Counted from the stretch's first letter, positions 1-9,547 are shown. The stretch: 32,000 nucleotides of DNA from Allocatelliglobosispora scoriae (GCF_014204945.1 NZ_JACHMN010000002.1:974503-1006502); one strand, 5' to 3'. A program made the numbers and translations. Notes: generated from the sequence alone by a model not told the origin.

Positions 1-820
1 CGCCGTAAGCCTGCTCGTCACCGTAGAGCTCCAGCAGGTAGGGCTGCAGGGCGTAGAAGACGTAGATCCCGACGCCGCCGGTGAAGACCGCGGCGAGCAT
101 CATCGACTTCACCGCCGGGACCCGCCAGCCGTAGTGCACCGAGTCGACGACGATGCGCCGCATCTCGGCGAGCGGCCGCCCGCCCCGCTGCGGGGTGAAG
201 CCGACGTCGCGCATCGTCACGAACGCCACGATGAACATGACCAGCAGCACCACGGCACGCAGCACGAACGGCACGCCCAGGTTGGTGACCTGGGCGAGGT
301 AGCCGCCCGCGATCGAGCCGGTGAGCATGCCGACTCCCCCGATGACCTGGGCACGGCCGAAGACCGCCTCCAGCGAGCCGGTGTAGCCGGTCGCGGTCAG
401 CGCGTCGACCAGCCAGGCCTCGGTCGCGCCGGAGAAGAACGTGAACCCCAACCCGAGGAGCACGGACACCGCCGCCCACGCCAGGAACGACGCCTCGACC
501 CGCCACAGCAGCACGTAGAGCCCCGTCGACGCGGCCAGGGTGACCGTGCCGAGCAGGAACGACACCCGCCGGCCCCACATGTCGGCGACGATCCCGGTCG
601 GCACCTCGAAGAGCACCATCCCGGCGGTGAAGAACGCGTTGGCGGTGAACGCCTCGAGGTTCGACAGCCCCGCGTCGAGCAGGAAGATCGTGTTGATGCC
701 CCAGATCAGCGACATCGCCAGGGTGTTGCCGAGCGCGAGCGTGAAGTAGGTCCTCTTGATCGACTCCGGGGTGGCGATGGGCGGGGCGTGCACCGGAGCT
801 GTCACCCCGACATCATCCAC
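1..820 (-). CDS. MFS transporter, C-terminus truncated by the window edge
   Basis: Minus-strand reading from GTG at 820: VDDVGVTAPVHAPPIATPESIKRTYFTLALGNTLAMSLIWGINTIFLLDAGLSNLEAFTANAFFTAGMVLFEVPTGIVADMWGRRVSFLLGTVTLA, with an MFS TM1-TM2 and the D-x-x-GRR loop motif. This frame is not the one listed in the ORF track. Confidence 0.85.
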   Translation of the reverse strand, partial: MDDVGVTAPVHAPPIATPESIKRTYFTLALGNTLAMSLIWGINTIFLLDAGLSNLEAFTANAFFTAGMVLFEVPTGIVADMWGRRVSFLLGTVTLAASTGLYVLLWRVEASFLAWAAVSVLLGLGFTFFSGATEAWLVDALTATGYTGSLEAVFGRAQVIGGVGMLTGSIAGGYLAQVTNLGVPFVLRAVVLLVMFIVAFVTMRDVGFTPQRGGRPLAEMRRIVVDSVHYGWRVPAVKSMMLAAVFTGGVGIYVFYALQPYLLELYGDEQAYG

Positions 821-848
821 CACGGGTCCGACACCGTCGCGACCAGCA

Positions 849-1127
849 CTAGCCGACGTCGACCGGTCCTCCGGTGCGCCAGTAGAGCCCGTTCTCCCGC
901 GCCATCAGCCCGGCATCGATGAGGTAGCGCCGCAGCGCCACCCAGTCGGTCTCGTAGAAGGCCCGCAGCACCGCGTCGACCTCCCGCTCCGGGATCCGTA
1001 CGCCGGGCTCGAAGGCGGCGGCGACGTGTTCGAGCAGGACCCGCCGCTTGCCCGCCTTGGCCGGCATCGTGACGATCCGGCCGTCCTTGAGAAAGGTGTT
1101 CAGGACCCGTTCCTCATCAGCACTCAC
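849..1127 (-). CDS. DUF2087-domain protein (small putative regulator)
   Basis: VLNTFLKDGRIVTMPAKAGKRRVLLEHVAAAFEPG...YTEREVDAVLR-type pattern with DWVALRRYLIDAGLMAR, typical of DUF2087. The GTG start at 1127 is preferred over the TTG at 1190, which lies inside a hairpin. Confidence 0.8.
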   Translation of the reverse strand: MSADEERVLNTFLKDGRIVTMPAKAGKRRVLLEHVAAAFEPGVRIPEREVDAVLRAFYETDWVALRRYLIDAGLMARENGLYWRTGGPVDVG

Positions 1128-1175
1128 CTCAGCACCGTAAACGCCGCCGCCCGCCGGGTGCGCGCGGTTTTCCGT

Positions 1176-1237
1176 CACGTTTTGCAGCAAAGCGTGGCAT
1201 CGCTTCGCGAAATGGCCACGCTTTGCTGCAAAACGTG
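1176..1237. repeat. Hairpin family A, copy 1: 23-nt perfect inverted repeat, 16-nt spacer
   Basis: cacgttttgcagcaaagcgtggc (1176-1198) / gccacgctttgctgcaaaacgtg (1215-1237); spacer contains cgcttcgcg. Confidence 0.95.
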
Positions 1238-1282
1238 GCCGGGTAGGGCCCGCTGGACGGGGTCGGGACGGATGATGGCGGC

Positions 1283-1663
1283 GTGACGCACTACAGCAGG
1301 CTTTCGAAGATCGTTGTTGACGTTCCGGCGGCGGTGCACGACACCGAGGTGGCCTTCTGGCGGGGCGCGCTCGGCGTGCCGCTGACCAGGTTCGAGCGCT
1401 TTCCGGACTTCCACGGGGCGGAGTTGACGGCGGACGGGTTCGGGCTCCTGACGCAGGAGATCAAGGAGGGGGAGCCTCGCGTACACGTCGATATTCACAC
1501 CACGGACCGGGCGGCGGAGGTCGCGCGCCTGGTGGCGCTGGGTGCGGCGGTCGTGGACGACGGCCCGCACTGGACCGTGATGCGCGACCCGGCCGGGCTG
1601 GTCTTCTGCGTCGTGCCCGACCCCGACGTCGACGAGAAGACCGGCCACCGCTGGGACCTCTGA
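1283..1663 (+). CDS. VOC family protein (glyoxalase/bleomycin-resistance superfamily)
   Basis: MTHYSRLSKIVVDVPAAVHDTEVAFWRGALGVPL...GPHWTVMRDPAGLVFCVVPDP, the VOC signature. Confidence 0.88.
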   Translation: MTHYSRLSKIVVDVPAAVHDTEVAFWRGALGVPLTRFERFPDFHGAELTADGFGLLTQEIKEGEPRVHVDIHTTDRAAEVARLVALGAAVVDDGPHWTVMRDPAGLVFCVVPDPDVDEKTGHRWDL

Positions 1664-1727
1664 GCACCGACTCTTGAAGAGTCGGTGCTGTTCGGCCTCG
1701 TGAATAGCACCGACTCTTCAAGAGTTG
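1663..1727. terminator. Hairpin family B, copy 1; putative bidirectional terminator between convergent genes
   Basis: agcaccgactct-tga-agagtcggtgct (1663-1689) is itself a perfect 12-bp hairpin. It is followed by agcaccgactcttcaagagttg (1706-1727), near-perfect reverse complement of 1668-1689. It starts at the stop of the VOC gene and sits 25 nt from the 3' end of the amylase gene. Confidence 0.8.
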
Positions 1728-1751
1728 CGGGGATCTTGCCCCGGGACGAGA

Positions 1752-3191
1752 TCAGGCGATCTTCGCGCCGCTGTGGATCGCCACCGCGTCGTGGGCGACG
1801 ATGTTGGCCGTGAACCAGCCGTTCGCGTCGACGGTGATCACCGGGCCGGTGCAGGTGGTGGCGCTGGACTTGCTGCCGTGGATCACGTCGCAGTAGCGGC
1901 CCGCGGCCATCCCGGTGCGGTAGCTGCGGCCGTTGACCGCACCGTCCTCGTCGTTGATCGTGAGGTAGCCCTTGTCGCCGCGGCCGAAGGCGATGTGGTT
2001 GTTGCCGTTGTCGTACCAGTTGATCACCGACGTGCCCTTGACCGCGTTGTGGAAGCCGACCATGTTGGCGACGACCAGCCACCGGTGCTCGCAGACCCAG
2101 CCGCCGGAGAAGCAGGTCGCGTTGTTGGTCTTGCCCGCGCCGTTGGAGGGCGGACCGGTGTCGTTGTTGGTGAAGCTGTAGCCGCTCATCACCGACGGCG
2201 AACCGTAGGGCCAGGCCAGCATGAACGCGTTGGCCAGCGCGTAGATCCCGTTGTCCTTGTAGGTCAGCACGTAGCCGCCCTCGCGCTGGGTGTCGTGGTT
2301 GTCGACGAAGACCACGGCCTTGGCGCTGCTGATGTGCCCCCACGGCTCGCCGAAGTTGACCAGGTAGGCGAGCTTCTCGTTGCGGAAGACCCGCCCCAGG
2401 TCCTTGCCGTACCGGAACTCGTGCACGTCGCCGTTGCCGGTGTACTCGGTCGGCTGGACCGGCTCACCGGCACCGTAGATGACCTCCTGCACGATGTACG
2501 CCGACCGCGACAGCTTGCCCTTGATCGCGGCGATGTCGGCGGCCGGCATGTGCTTGCTCGCGTCGAGCCGGAACCCGTCCACCCCGAGTGCGAGCAGGTC
2601 GTTCATGTAGGAGGCGATCTTCGTGCGGACGTAGTCGCTCTCAGTGGCGAGGTCGGCGAGGTTGACCAGCTCGCAGTTCTGCACCTCGTAGCGGTCGCCG
2701 TAGTTGGCGATGTCGTCGTTGCCGTTGCGCCCGCAGTGGTGGAAGTCCTGCGTCTGGTAGATGCCGGGGTAGGTGTAGGGCGTGAAGGTCGAGCCCGCCC
2801 AGCCGGTGCCGGAGCCGACGCCGGTCATGTGGTTGATCACCGTGTCGACGAGCACCTTGACGCCCGCGTTGTGGCAGGTGGTGACCATCGACTGGAACTC
2901 CGCCCGGCTCCCCTTGCGGGACTCGATCCGGTAGCTGACCGGCTGGTAGGCGACCCACCACTGCTGGCCGCTCGCGTGCTCCTGCGGCGGGGAGACCTGG
3001 ACGTAGCCGTAGCCGTTGGGGCCGAGGAAATTGGTGCACTCGGCGGCGACGGACGGCCAGTTCCACTCGAAGAGGGTGACGATGACGTCCTTGGTCCCGG
3101 GTGGCGCGGCGGCGGCCGGGGCGGCCGGCACGGGCAGCAGCGCAGCGAGCACGGCGACGAGGGGCAGAGCGAGTAACCGGCGATAACGCAT
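1752..3191 (-). CDS. Secreted alpha-amylase, GH13 family
   Basis: Signal peptide [29 protein letters not shown], then [45 protein letters not shown] and FVDNHDTQR (conserved GH13 regions); AGGAG ribosome-binding site upstream. Confidence 0.95.
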   Translation of the reverse strand: MRYRRLLALPLVAVLAALLPVPAAPAAAAPPGTKDVIVTLFEWNWPSVAAECTNFLGPNGYGYVQVSPPQEHASGQQWWVAYQPVSYRIESRKGSRAEFQSMVTTCHNAGVKVLVDTVINHMTGVGSGTGWAGSTFTPYTYPGIYQTQDFHHCGRNGNDDIANYGDRYEVQNCELVNLADLATESDYVRTKIASYMNDLLALGVDGFRLDASKHMPAADIAAIKGKLSRSAYIVQEVIYGAGEPVQPTEYTGNGDVHEFRYGKDLGRVFRNEKLAYLVNFGEPWGHISSAKAVVFVDNHDTQREGGYVLTYKDNGIYALANAFMLAWPYGSPSVMSGYSFTNNDTGPPSNGAGKTNNATCFSGGWVCEHRWLVVANMVGFHNAVKGTSVINWYDNGNNHIAFGRGDKGYLTINDEDGAVNGRSYRTGMAAGRYCDVIHGSKSSATTCTGPVITVDANGWFTANIVAHDAVAIHSGAKIA

Positions 3192-3215
3192 CGAAGCTCC
3201 TGGGGGATGACGGCC

Positions 3216-3235
3216 TTCTGAAACGTTGCTGCAAA
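3216..3235. promoter_or_regulatory. Possible LacI-type operator upstream of the amylase gene
   Basis: ctgaaacgttgctgcaa, with an imperfect palindrome centred on aaCGtt about 30 nt upstream of the amylase start. Confidence 0.3.
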
Positions 3236-3483
3236 TTTACGAGCAGGTTTCAGGCATGTCAACGCTTGTCGATCAGCCTGGCACAGTCCCATGTGGGCAC
3301 CGCCGGGCCGGTGTCGATGACCGCTGACCGAAAGGTCTTGCAGGGTCACCCGGACGGGTGTGACCTGGGCCACCAACACCCGGATCGGGAATGCCGCCAG
3401 GTCGCGGCGATTTGGTGCTGGTAGCGGCACGCAGTCAGCGCCGCTCTCCAATCCAGCGCGAGATTCCACCGCTAAGAGGTCTC

Positions 3484-4743
3484 ATGACTACGCTCGCCGC
3501 CGAGCTCGACACCACGGCACCGATGCCCGGAGACCTGATGACCCGGGCGCAGCGGGTGCGCCTCGTCGTCGTGCTCGGCTCGCTGATCGCCATCGGCCCG
3601 CTCACCATCGACATGTACCTGCCCGCCCTGCCCAACATCACCGCCAACCTGCACACCACCTCGGCCGCGGTGCAGCTCACCCTCACCGGCACCCTGCTCG
3701 GCCTCGCGATCGGCCAGCTCCTCATCGGGCCCGTCTCCGACGCCGTCGGCCGCCGGGTGCCGCTGCTCGCCGGGCTCGCGCTGCACGTCGTCGCCTCCGT
3801 GCTCTGCGTGGTGGCGCCCAACATCGCCGTGCTCGGCGCCCTGCGCGTGCTCCAGGGTCTCGGCGTCGCCGCCTCCTCGGTGGTCGCGATGGCGATCGTC
3901 CGCGACCTGTTCAGCGGATCCGCCTTCGCCAGTCTCTTCTCCCGGCTGATGCTGGTGATGGGCGCCGCGCCGATCCTCGCCCCGACGCTGGGGAGCTGGC
4001 TGCTGCAGTGGACCGACTGGCGCGGCGTCTTCGTGGCCCTCGCCCTGCTCGGCGCCGCGCTCATCGTGATCGGCCTGATCGGCCTCAAGGAGACCCTGCC
4101 CCCCGAGCGCCGCCGCTCCGGCGGCATCGGAAGCACCCTGCACGTCTACGCCGAACTGCTGCGCGACCGCACCTTCGTCGGGCTGGTCGTGGTGGCCGGA
4201 CTCGCCATGGCGTCCCTGTTCTCCTACGTCGCCGGGTCGTCCTTCGTCCTGCAGGAGCAGTACGGCCTCAACGAGCAGCAGTTCGGCTTCGCCTTCGGCG
4301 CCAACGCCTTCGGCCTGATCCTCTCCACCCAGCTCAACGTGCGGCTGCTGCGGCGCTTCAGCCCGCAGCAGATCCTCGTCGCCGCGCTCGCCGCGGGCAG
4401 CGTCGCCGGTGTCGCGCTGCTGCTCTTCGCCGTCACGGAGGTCGGCGGCCTGCCGGCCATCCTCACCTCGCTCTGGTTCCTGCTGACCTTCGCGGGTCTC
4501 GCGCTGCCGAACGCACCGGCGCTCGCGATGTCCCGGCACGGAGAGGCGGCGGGTACGGCGGCCGCGCTGCTCGGCGCCGTCCAGTTCGGCATCGGCGCGG
4601 CCTCGGCACCCCTCGTCGGCCTCCTCGGCACCGACAGCGTCGGCATGGCGATCGTCGTGGCCGGCGGCATGGTCGCCTCGCTGATCGCGATGTTCGTCGT
4701 GGTGCTCCCGGCCGGTGTCCGAGCTGCCCCGGCAGTCGCCTGA
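3484..4743 (+). CDS. Bcr/CflA-type multidrug efflux MFS transporter
   Basis: LIAIGPLTIDMYLPALPNITANLHTTSAAVQLTLTGTLLGLAIGQLLIGPVSDAVGRR, the hallmark of the Bcr/CflA family. ATG at 3484, preceded by aagagg. Confidence 0.93.
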   Translation: MTTLAAELDTTAPMPGDLMTRAQRVRLVVVLGSLIAIGPLTIDMYLPALPNITANLHTTSAAVQLTLTGTLLGLAIGQLLIGPVSDAVGRRVPLLAGLALHVVASVLCVVAPNIAVLGALRVLQGLGVAASSVVAMAIVRDLFSGSAFASLFSRLMLVMGAAPILAPTLGSWLLQWTDWRGVFVALALLGAALIVIGLIGLKETLPPERRRSGGIGSTLHVYAELLRDRTFVGLVVVAGLAMASLFSYVAGSSFVLQEQYGLNEQQFGFAFGANAFGLILSTQLNVRLLRRFSPQQILVAALAAGSVAGVALLLFAVTEVGGLPAILTSLWFLLTFAGLALPNAPALAMSRHGEAAGTAAALLGAVQFGIGAASAPLVGLLGTDSVGMAIVVAGGMVASLIAMFVVVLPAGVRAAPAVA

Positions 4744-4794
4744 CCAGCCGCGCCGGTCGGCGAAAATGTCGGTGCCCTCTCGTAGGGTGCGGTT

Positions 4795-5298
4795 ATGAAC
4801 GACATCTCATCGATCGGCGGCGAGCGCGCCGACCTGCTCCAGACCTTGGCGAAACACCGAGGCCTGCTGCTCTACACCGTGCAGGGCCTCACCGACGAGC
4901 AGGCGGCAACGCGCACCACGCACAGCGAGCTGTGTCTCGGCGGCCTGATCAAGCACCTCACCAACGTCGAGCAGCGCTGGGGGCGGTTCATGACCGGCGG
5001 CGCGGCGGCGATGGAGAGCGAGCCCATCGACTGGGTCGGCCAGTTCCGGATGGTCGACGGCGACACCCTCGACGGGCTCCTCGCCGACTACGAGAAGACC
5101 GCCGCGACGACGGTCGACCTGATCACGACGCTCGACCTCGACGTGTCGCACCCGCTGCCCGAGGCACCCTGGTTCGAGCCGGGTGCGAGCTGGTCGGTGC
5201 GGCGGGTGGCGCTGCACATGATCGCCGAGATCTCGCAGCACGCCGGGCACGCCGACATCCTGCGCGAGGCGATCGACGGCCAGAAGAGCATGGGCTGA
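4795..5298 (+). CDS. DinB-like (DUF664) family protein
   Basis: MNDISSIGGERADLLQTLAKHRGLLLYTVQGLTDEQA...SELCLGGLIKHLTNVEQRW...ISQHAGHADILREAIDG. Confidence 0.88.
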   Translation: MNDISSIGGERADLLQTLAKHRGLLLYTVQGLTDEQAATRTTHSELCLGGLIKHLTNVEQRWGRFMTGGAAAMESEPIDWVGQFRMVDGDTLDGLLADYEKTAATTVDLITTLDLDVSHPLPEAPWFEPGASWSVRRVALHMIAEISQHAGHADILREAIDGQKSMG

Positions 5299-5303
5299 CC
5301 GGT

Positions 5304-6128
5304 TCAGGCGTCGAGCAGCTGCGGGCCGCCATCGGCTCGCAGCCGCTCCCGCAGCTGCGCCAGTGCCCTGGTGAGCAGCCGCGAGACGTGCATCTGCGAC
5401 AGCCCGAGCACCTCGGCGATCTGGGACTGGGTCAGCTCCGCGGAGAACCGCAGCTCGATGATGCGCTGCTCCCGTGGCGGCAGCTCCGCGAGCCGGCGTC
5501 GCAGCGTCGTGCGGAGGTCGACGGCGTCGATCGCGGAGTCCGGTTCACCGAGCAGGTCGCCCAGGACGCGGTTCGGGCTGCCGGCGACGGGCAGAGTCAG
5601 CGAACGCGCACGATAGGCCTTGGCGCAGTCGCCCGCCTCGATCACCGCAGTGGTGCCGATGGCGAGGTAACCGGCGATCTCCGCGGTGGTCGGCGGACGC
5701 TGCAGCAGCTGCGCCAGGTGGTCTCGGGCCGCCGCGACCTGCTGCCAGCGGTCGTGCAGCTGCCGGGGCAGCCGCACGCTCCAGGTCGTGTCCCGGAAGT
5801 GGCGCTTGACCTCGCCGAGGATCGTCGGCACGGCATAGGTGGTGAAGGCGACGCCCCGGTCCGCGTCGTAGCGGTCCACCGCCTTGATCAGCCCGAGGAC
5901 GGCGACCTGGGTCAGGTCGGCGAGCGGTTCGCCGCGATGATCGAACTGGCGGGCGAAGTGCGTCGCGAGCGGGAGGTAGCACTCGATCGCCCTGGTCCGA
6001 ACGGCTGCGCGGCGGGTGTCGCCCGGGGGCAGCTCGCCCAGCTGCGCCAGCAGCGTCATGCCCGGATCGGATCCGGACCGTCGCGTCCTGCGGGCGGCTG
6101 GACGGGATGCCTGTGCGGTTGCGGTCAT
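5304..6128 (-). CDS. RNA polymerase sigma factor of the SigB/SigF/SigG group
   Basis: HRGEPLADLTQVAVLGLIKAVDRYDADRGVAFTTYAVPTILGEVKRHFRD and LPPREQRIIELRFSAELTQSQIAEVLGLSQMHVSRLLTRALAQLR. ATG at 6128 is preferred; the ORF extends to 6248. Confidence 0.93.
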   Translation of the reverse strand: MTATAQASRPAARRTRRSGSDPGMTLLAQLGELPPGDTRRAAVRTRAIECYLPLATHFARQFDHRGEPLADLTQVAVLGLIKAVDRYDADRGVAFTTYAVPTILGEVKRHFRDTTWSVRLPRQLHDRWQQVAAARDHLAQLLQRPPTTAEIAGYLAIGTTAVIEAGDCAKAYRARSLTLPVAGSPNRVLGDLLGEPDSAIDAVDLRTTLRRRLAELPPREQRIIELRFSAELTQSQIAEVLGLSQMHVSRLLTRALAQLRERLRADGGPQLLDA

Positions 6129-6287
6129 CGGGGCCTCCACGGCGGGCGAAGTCAGCTGGCCTGCACTGAATCTCGCCACCGGGGACCGGAGTGACACGCA
6201 GATCGTAACGCGCAAACTCCGCACCGTTACCACCCTGGTGGGTTTCATTCCGGTTAACCGATCGCCCCATCGGCCCGCGACAGCCGG

Positions 6288-6467
6288 TCAGCCGAAGTGG
6301 ACGATCAGCTCGGCGCCTCGACGACGCTGCTCGCAGGGGTGCGGCCGACCGCAGGCCCGGCACTCCCCCGTCCCGCCCGGGCGGTGGCGGCGCACCAGGC
6401 TCAGCCCGAAGACCGCCTGCGCCGATGAGTAGCGGCTGAACGCGTCCCGCACGGCCGCCTGATCCAT
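6288..6467 (-). CDS. 59-aa conserved-looking small protein with a CxxC...C cluster (zinc-ribbon-like)
   Basis: MDQAAVRDAFSRYSSAQAVFGLSLVRRHRPGGTGECRACGRPHPCEQRRRGAELIVHFG*. It is below the size cutoff of the supplied track and was read directly from the sequence. Confidence 0.65.
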   Translation of the reverse strand: MDQAAVRDAFSRYSSAQAVFGLSLVRRHRPGGTGECRACGRPHPCEQRRRGAELIVHFG

Positions 6468-6571
6468 CGCACCCTCGCTCTCCTCGGCCGCGAGGTCTGG
6501 GCGGTGGCAACACCTTCACGGTAAGTTCGCCGCCGCCTGCACGCGTGCCGAGCGCGGAGAATGGCACGGGA

Positions 6572-6604
6572 GGTGCCCGCGCAGGCCGAAGCCGCGCGGG
6601 CACC
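6572..6604 (-). terminator. Terminator-like hairpin for the carboxypeptidase gene
   Basis: ggtgcccgcgc-a-ggc-cgaa-gcc-gcgcgggcacc: 11-bp stem plus a 3-bp inner stem with a CGAA loop, 11 nt past the stop codon. Confidence 0.8.
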
Positions 6605-6615
6605 ACCCGTGATGG

Positions 6616-8568
6616 CTACAGCGTCAGGGTCCAGCTGTTGATGTAGCCCGTGTCGGCCGAGGCCGCGTCCTGCGCCCGCAGCTTCCAGGTGCCGTTGGCG
6701 ACCTCGCTCGACAGGTTGACCGTGTAGGTCTGGTTGATGTTGTCGGCGCTGCCGCCGGTCCGGTTGTGCAGGAGGTAGAGGGTCCCGTCCGGCGCGACCA
6801 GGTTCACGACGAGGTCGCCCTTGTACGTGTGGACGATGTTCACCGCCACCGTGGAGGTCGCGGTGCCGTTGCGGTTGCAGCCCGCGATGGTGATCGGGCT
6901 CTCCACCGCGGCCCCGTTGTCCGGGATCTGCACGTCGGCGGCGTTGGTGCCGGTGCAGCCCGGGGCGCCGGTGACCGTCAGGGAGTAGGTGACTGTGCGG
7001 GTGGCGCCGGTGCCCGTACCCGTGATGGTGATCGCGTAGGTGCCCGCGGGCGTGGACGCCGTCGTCGCGAGGGTGAGGGTCGACGAGCCGCCGGAGGTGA
7101 CCGACGACGGCGCGAAGGTGGCCGTGGCCCCGGCGGGTAGGCCGGACGCGGCGAGGTTGACGGTCTGGGCCGAGCCGTTGGTGAGGGCCGTGGAGATGGT
7201 GGAGGTCACCGAGCCGCCCGGGGCGACCGAGCCGGACGCGGGGCTGGCCGCGATCGAGAAGTCGTTGGCCGCGGTGCAGTACTGCGCCTGCTTGTTGATG
7301 GCGCGGTAGGGGCAGTCGGCGTACTCCGACAGCAGCAGCACGGCGCTCTTGTTGCGGCTGGTCTGCGCGGTGATGATCTCGTCGGGCGGGTAGAAGCCGC
7401 CGTTGGAGACCGGGTACATCTCGAAGGTGTAGGTCCAGACCTGCTGGTTGCCCCAGAGCCAGTCGGTGATGTCGCCGTCGGTGATGTAGAGGTCACTGCC
7501 CTGCTCGGGGGTGTAGTTGTTGGTCGCGGCCATCTGCTGCCCGATGGCGGCGAAGGTGTTGCGCTGGTCGAGCGTGAGGCCCGGCGCCGTGTCGGCCGTC
7601 GTGTAGCCGAACGGCCACAGGATCAGCTCGCCGTAGGTGTGGAAGTCGATGTTGGCCTTGATCTGCTGCACGCCGCCGACCCGGCGGGAGAGCACGAAGT
7701 CGCGCAGGACCTGCGTCTCCGGCGCGGAGAAGGCCGACGGACCGCGGTAGGTCTCCGACGAGGTGCTGCCGCTGGACCCGCCGCAGCAGCCCCAGTTGTA
7801 GCCGAAGTTGCGGTTGAGGTCGGTGCCGACGTTGGAGGAGCCGCTGTTGGGCTGCCGGTTCTTGCGCCACGACCGGTAGGAGCCGGTGGCGATGTCGTAC
7901 TCGCCGCCGTCCGGGTTGAGGTCCGGGATGATCCAGATCTCGCGCGAGTTGACGGCGGTCGTGACCTGGCTGTCGGTGCCGTAGGAGTCGGTGAAGAGGT
8001 TGGCGAGGTAGAGCGCCATCTCCACGGTGAGGTGCTCGCGGGCGTGCAGGTGCGCGTTGAAGAGCAGCTCCGGCTCGTCCTCGTCGGTCGCGACGTTGTC
8101 GGAGATCTTGAGGGCGACGATGTCACGGCCCTCGTAGGACTGGCCGATCACGGTCTTGCGCGCCAGCGTCGGGTGGTCCGCGACGATCTTGTTGATCTCG
8201 GCGGTCGTCTCGGCGAAGTCGTGGTAGCCGGCGTCCGCCGACGGGAAGCCGTTCAGGCCGGTGCCCGACGGGGACTCCGGGCCGGGCAGCGCCTCCAGCA
8301 GGAAGCCGAGCCTGCGGATCTGCGCGACCTCGTCCGGAGTCGCGGTGATGTAGACGTTGCCGTGTTCGACGAGGTCGATCGCGGCGCCGGTCCTGGCGAC
8401 GGCGTTGCGATCGGCGAGGGTCTTCGGTCCGATGACGACATACTGCGCCGACGCGACGGGTGCGTTGCCCTGATCGATCGGCGGGATCGCGCCGGTGGCC
8501 GGTCCGGTGAAGGTGAGGGACGCGGTCACCGCCAGCGCGGTGATGAGCACGGCGACTCTCGGTCGCAT
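6616..8568 (-). CDS. Secreted M14 zinc carboxypeptidase with a C-terminal P-domain (proprotein convertase P-domain)
   Basis: Signal peptide; [14 protein letters not shown] (HxxE), [55 protein letters not shown]. The C-terminal module is [29 protein letters not shown]...YINSWTLTL. Confidence 0.95.
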   Translation of the reverse strand: MRPRVAVLITALAVTASLTFTGPATGAIPPIDQGNAPVASAQYVVIGPKTLADRNAVARTGAAIDLVEHGNVYITATPDEVAQIRRLGFLLEALPGPESPSGTGLNGFPSADAGYHDFAETTAEINKIVADHPTLARKTVIGQSYEGRDIVALKISDNVATDEDEPELLFNAHLHAREHLTVEMALYLANLFTDSYGTDSQVTTAVNSREIWIIPDLNPDGGEYDIATGSYRSWRKNRQPNSGSSNVGTDLNRNFGYNWGCCGGSSGSTSSETYRGPSAFSAPETQVLRDFVLSRRVGGVQQIKANIDFHTYGELILWPFGYTTADTAPGLTLDQRNTFAAIGQQMAATNNYTPEQGSDLYITDGDITDWLWGNQQVWTYTFEMYPVSNGGFYPPDEIITAQTSRNKSAVLLLSEYADCPYRAINKQAQYCTAANDFSIAASPASGSVAPGGSVTSTISTALTNGSAQTVNLAASGLPAGATATFAPSSVTSGGSSTLTLATTASTPAGTYAITITGTGTGATRTVTYSLTVTGAPGCTGTNAADVQIPDNGAAVESPITIAGCNRNGTATSTVAVNIVHTYKGDLVVNLVAPDGTLYLLHNRTGGSADNINQTYTVNLSSEVANGTWKLRAQDAASADTGYINSWTLTL

Positions 8569-8630
8569 GGGTTCCTCCCGGGGGTAGTGGAGACCCTTAG
8601 GAGATCATGAATTTATACGAGTATCAATGT

Positions 8631-9380
8631 CTACTCGCCGGACAGGATCGCCACCTCCAACCGCCGCAGGCGCGCTCCCGGCTCCATCCCCAGCTCCTCC
8701 GCGAGTGTCTCCCGAGCACGCCGGTAGGCGTGCAACGCCTCGCCGGGACGGCCCGCCCGGTAGAGCGCGATCATCAGCAGCTCCCACATCCGCTCGCGCA
8801 GCGGGTGTCGCGCGACCAGCCCGATCAGCTCCGCCGCCACCTGCGCGCAGCGGCCCAGCTCCAGCTCCGCGGCGAGCAGCTCCTCGGTGGCGTTGAGCCG
8901 CATCTCCTGCAGGCGCGCGACCTCCGCCTGTGCCCACTGCCCGGCCGCGCAGTCCGCCAGCGCCTCCCCGCGCCACAACCCCAGAGCCCGCCGCAGGTAC
9001 GCCGCCGCGGCCTCCGGCGACCCCGAGGCGGCCTCGGCGTGCCCGCGGCCGACGAGGTACTCGAAGCAGTGCACGTCGATCCACTCGGCCGGGACCGCCA
9101 GCGTGTAGCCGGGCGCCCGGGTGGCGATCGGCGAGCCCGCACCCCCGGCGAGCAGCCCGCGCCGCAGGTAGGCGATGTGCGCCCGGAGCGTCTTGGCGGC
9201 ACCCCCGGGCGGCGCGGTGTCCCAGACACCGTCGACGAGGGCGTTGCACGACACCACCTGGGGTACGCGCAGCGCCAGCAGCCCCAGGATCGTCCGCTGC
9301 CGCGGCCCGCCGAGCACCACCGCGCCGCCGTCCCCGCTGACCTGGAGCGGGCCCAGCAGGCGAATCTCCACCGTGGACAT
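8631..9380 (-). CDS. SARP/BTAD-family regulator (short form, no NTPase)
   Basis: MSTVEIRLLGPLQVSGDGGAVVLGGPRQRTILGLLAL...NALVDGVWDTAPPGGAAKTLRAHIAYLRRGL plus a BTAD region ending REQRMWELLMIALYRAGRPGEALHAYRRARETLAEELG-like. ATG at 9380. Confidence 0.9.
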   Translation of the reverse strand: MSTVEIRLLGPLQVSGDGGAVVLGGPRQRTILGLLALRVPQVVSCNALVDGVWDTAPPGGAAKTLRAHIAYLRRGLLAGGAGSPIATRAPGYTLAVPAEWIDVHCFEYLVGRGHAEAASGSPEAAAAYLRRALGLWRGEALADCAAGQWAQAEVARLQEMRLNATEELLAAELELGRCAQVAAELIGLVARHPLRERMWELLMIALYRAGRPGEALHAYRRARETLAEELGMEPGARLRRLEVAILSGE

Positions 9381-9547
9381 CAACTCCGCCCTCCACTCTA
9401 TTGTGGAACTTCGATGCATCGATTCATGCATGGTACGGCCCGGTTACGAACAATGATCGGCTACTGATGAGTCGCAAATGCCGTCCTACGCACTGGCACG
9501 ACCGGCCTCGGTACGTCGCCTCTCGGCACGTTCCGCGGCCCTCGGCA

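Noticed and set aside
1188-1190. TTG start giving MLQNVTENRAHPAGGG for the DUF2087 gene
   Set aside because: The extra 21 codons are translated from the family A hairpin and have no homology-like character. The GTG at 1127 gives a protein that begins just before the domain.
1725-3176. 483-aa plus-strand ORF
   Set aside because: Antisense shadow of the well-supported alpha-amylase gene.
3360-6194. 944-aa plus-strand ORF
   Set aside because: It runs across the MFS, DinB and antisense sigma genes in the wrong frame, and its composition is dominated by Arg, Ala, Pro and Gly with no domain.
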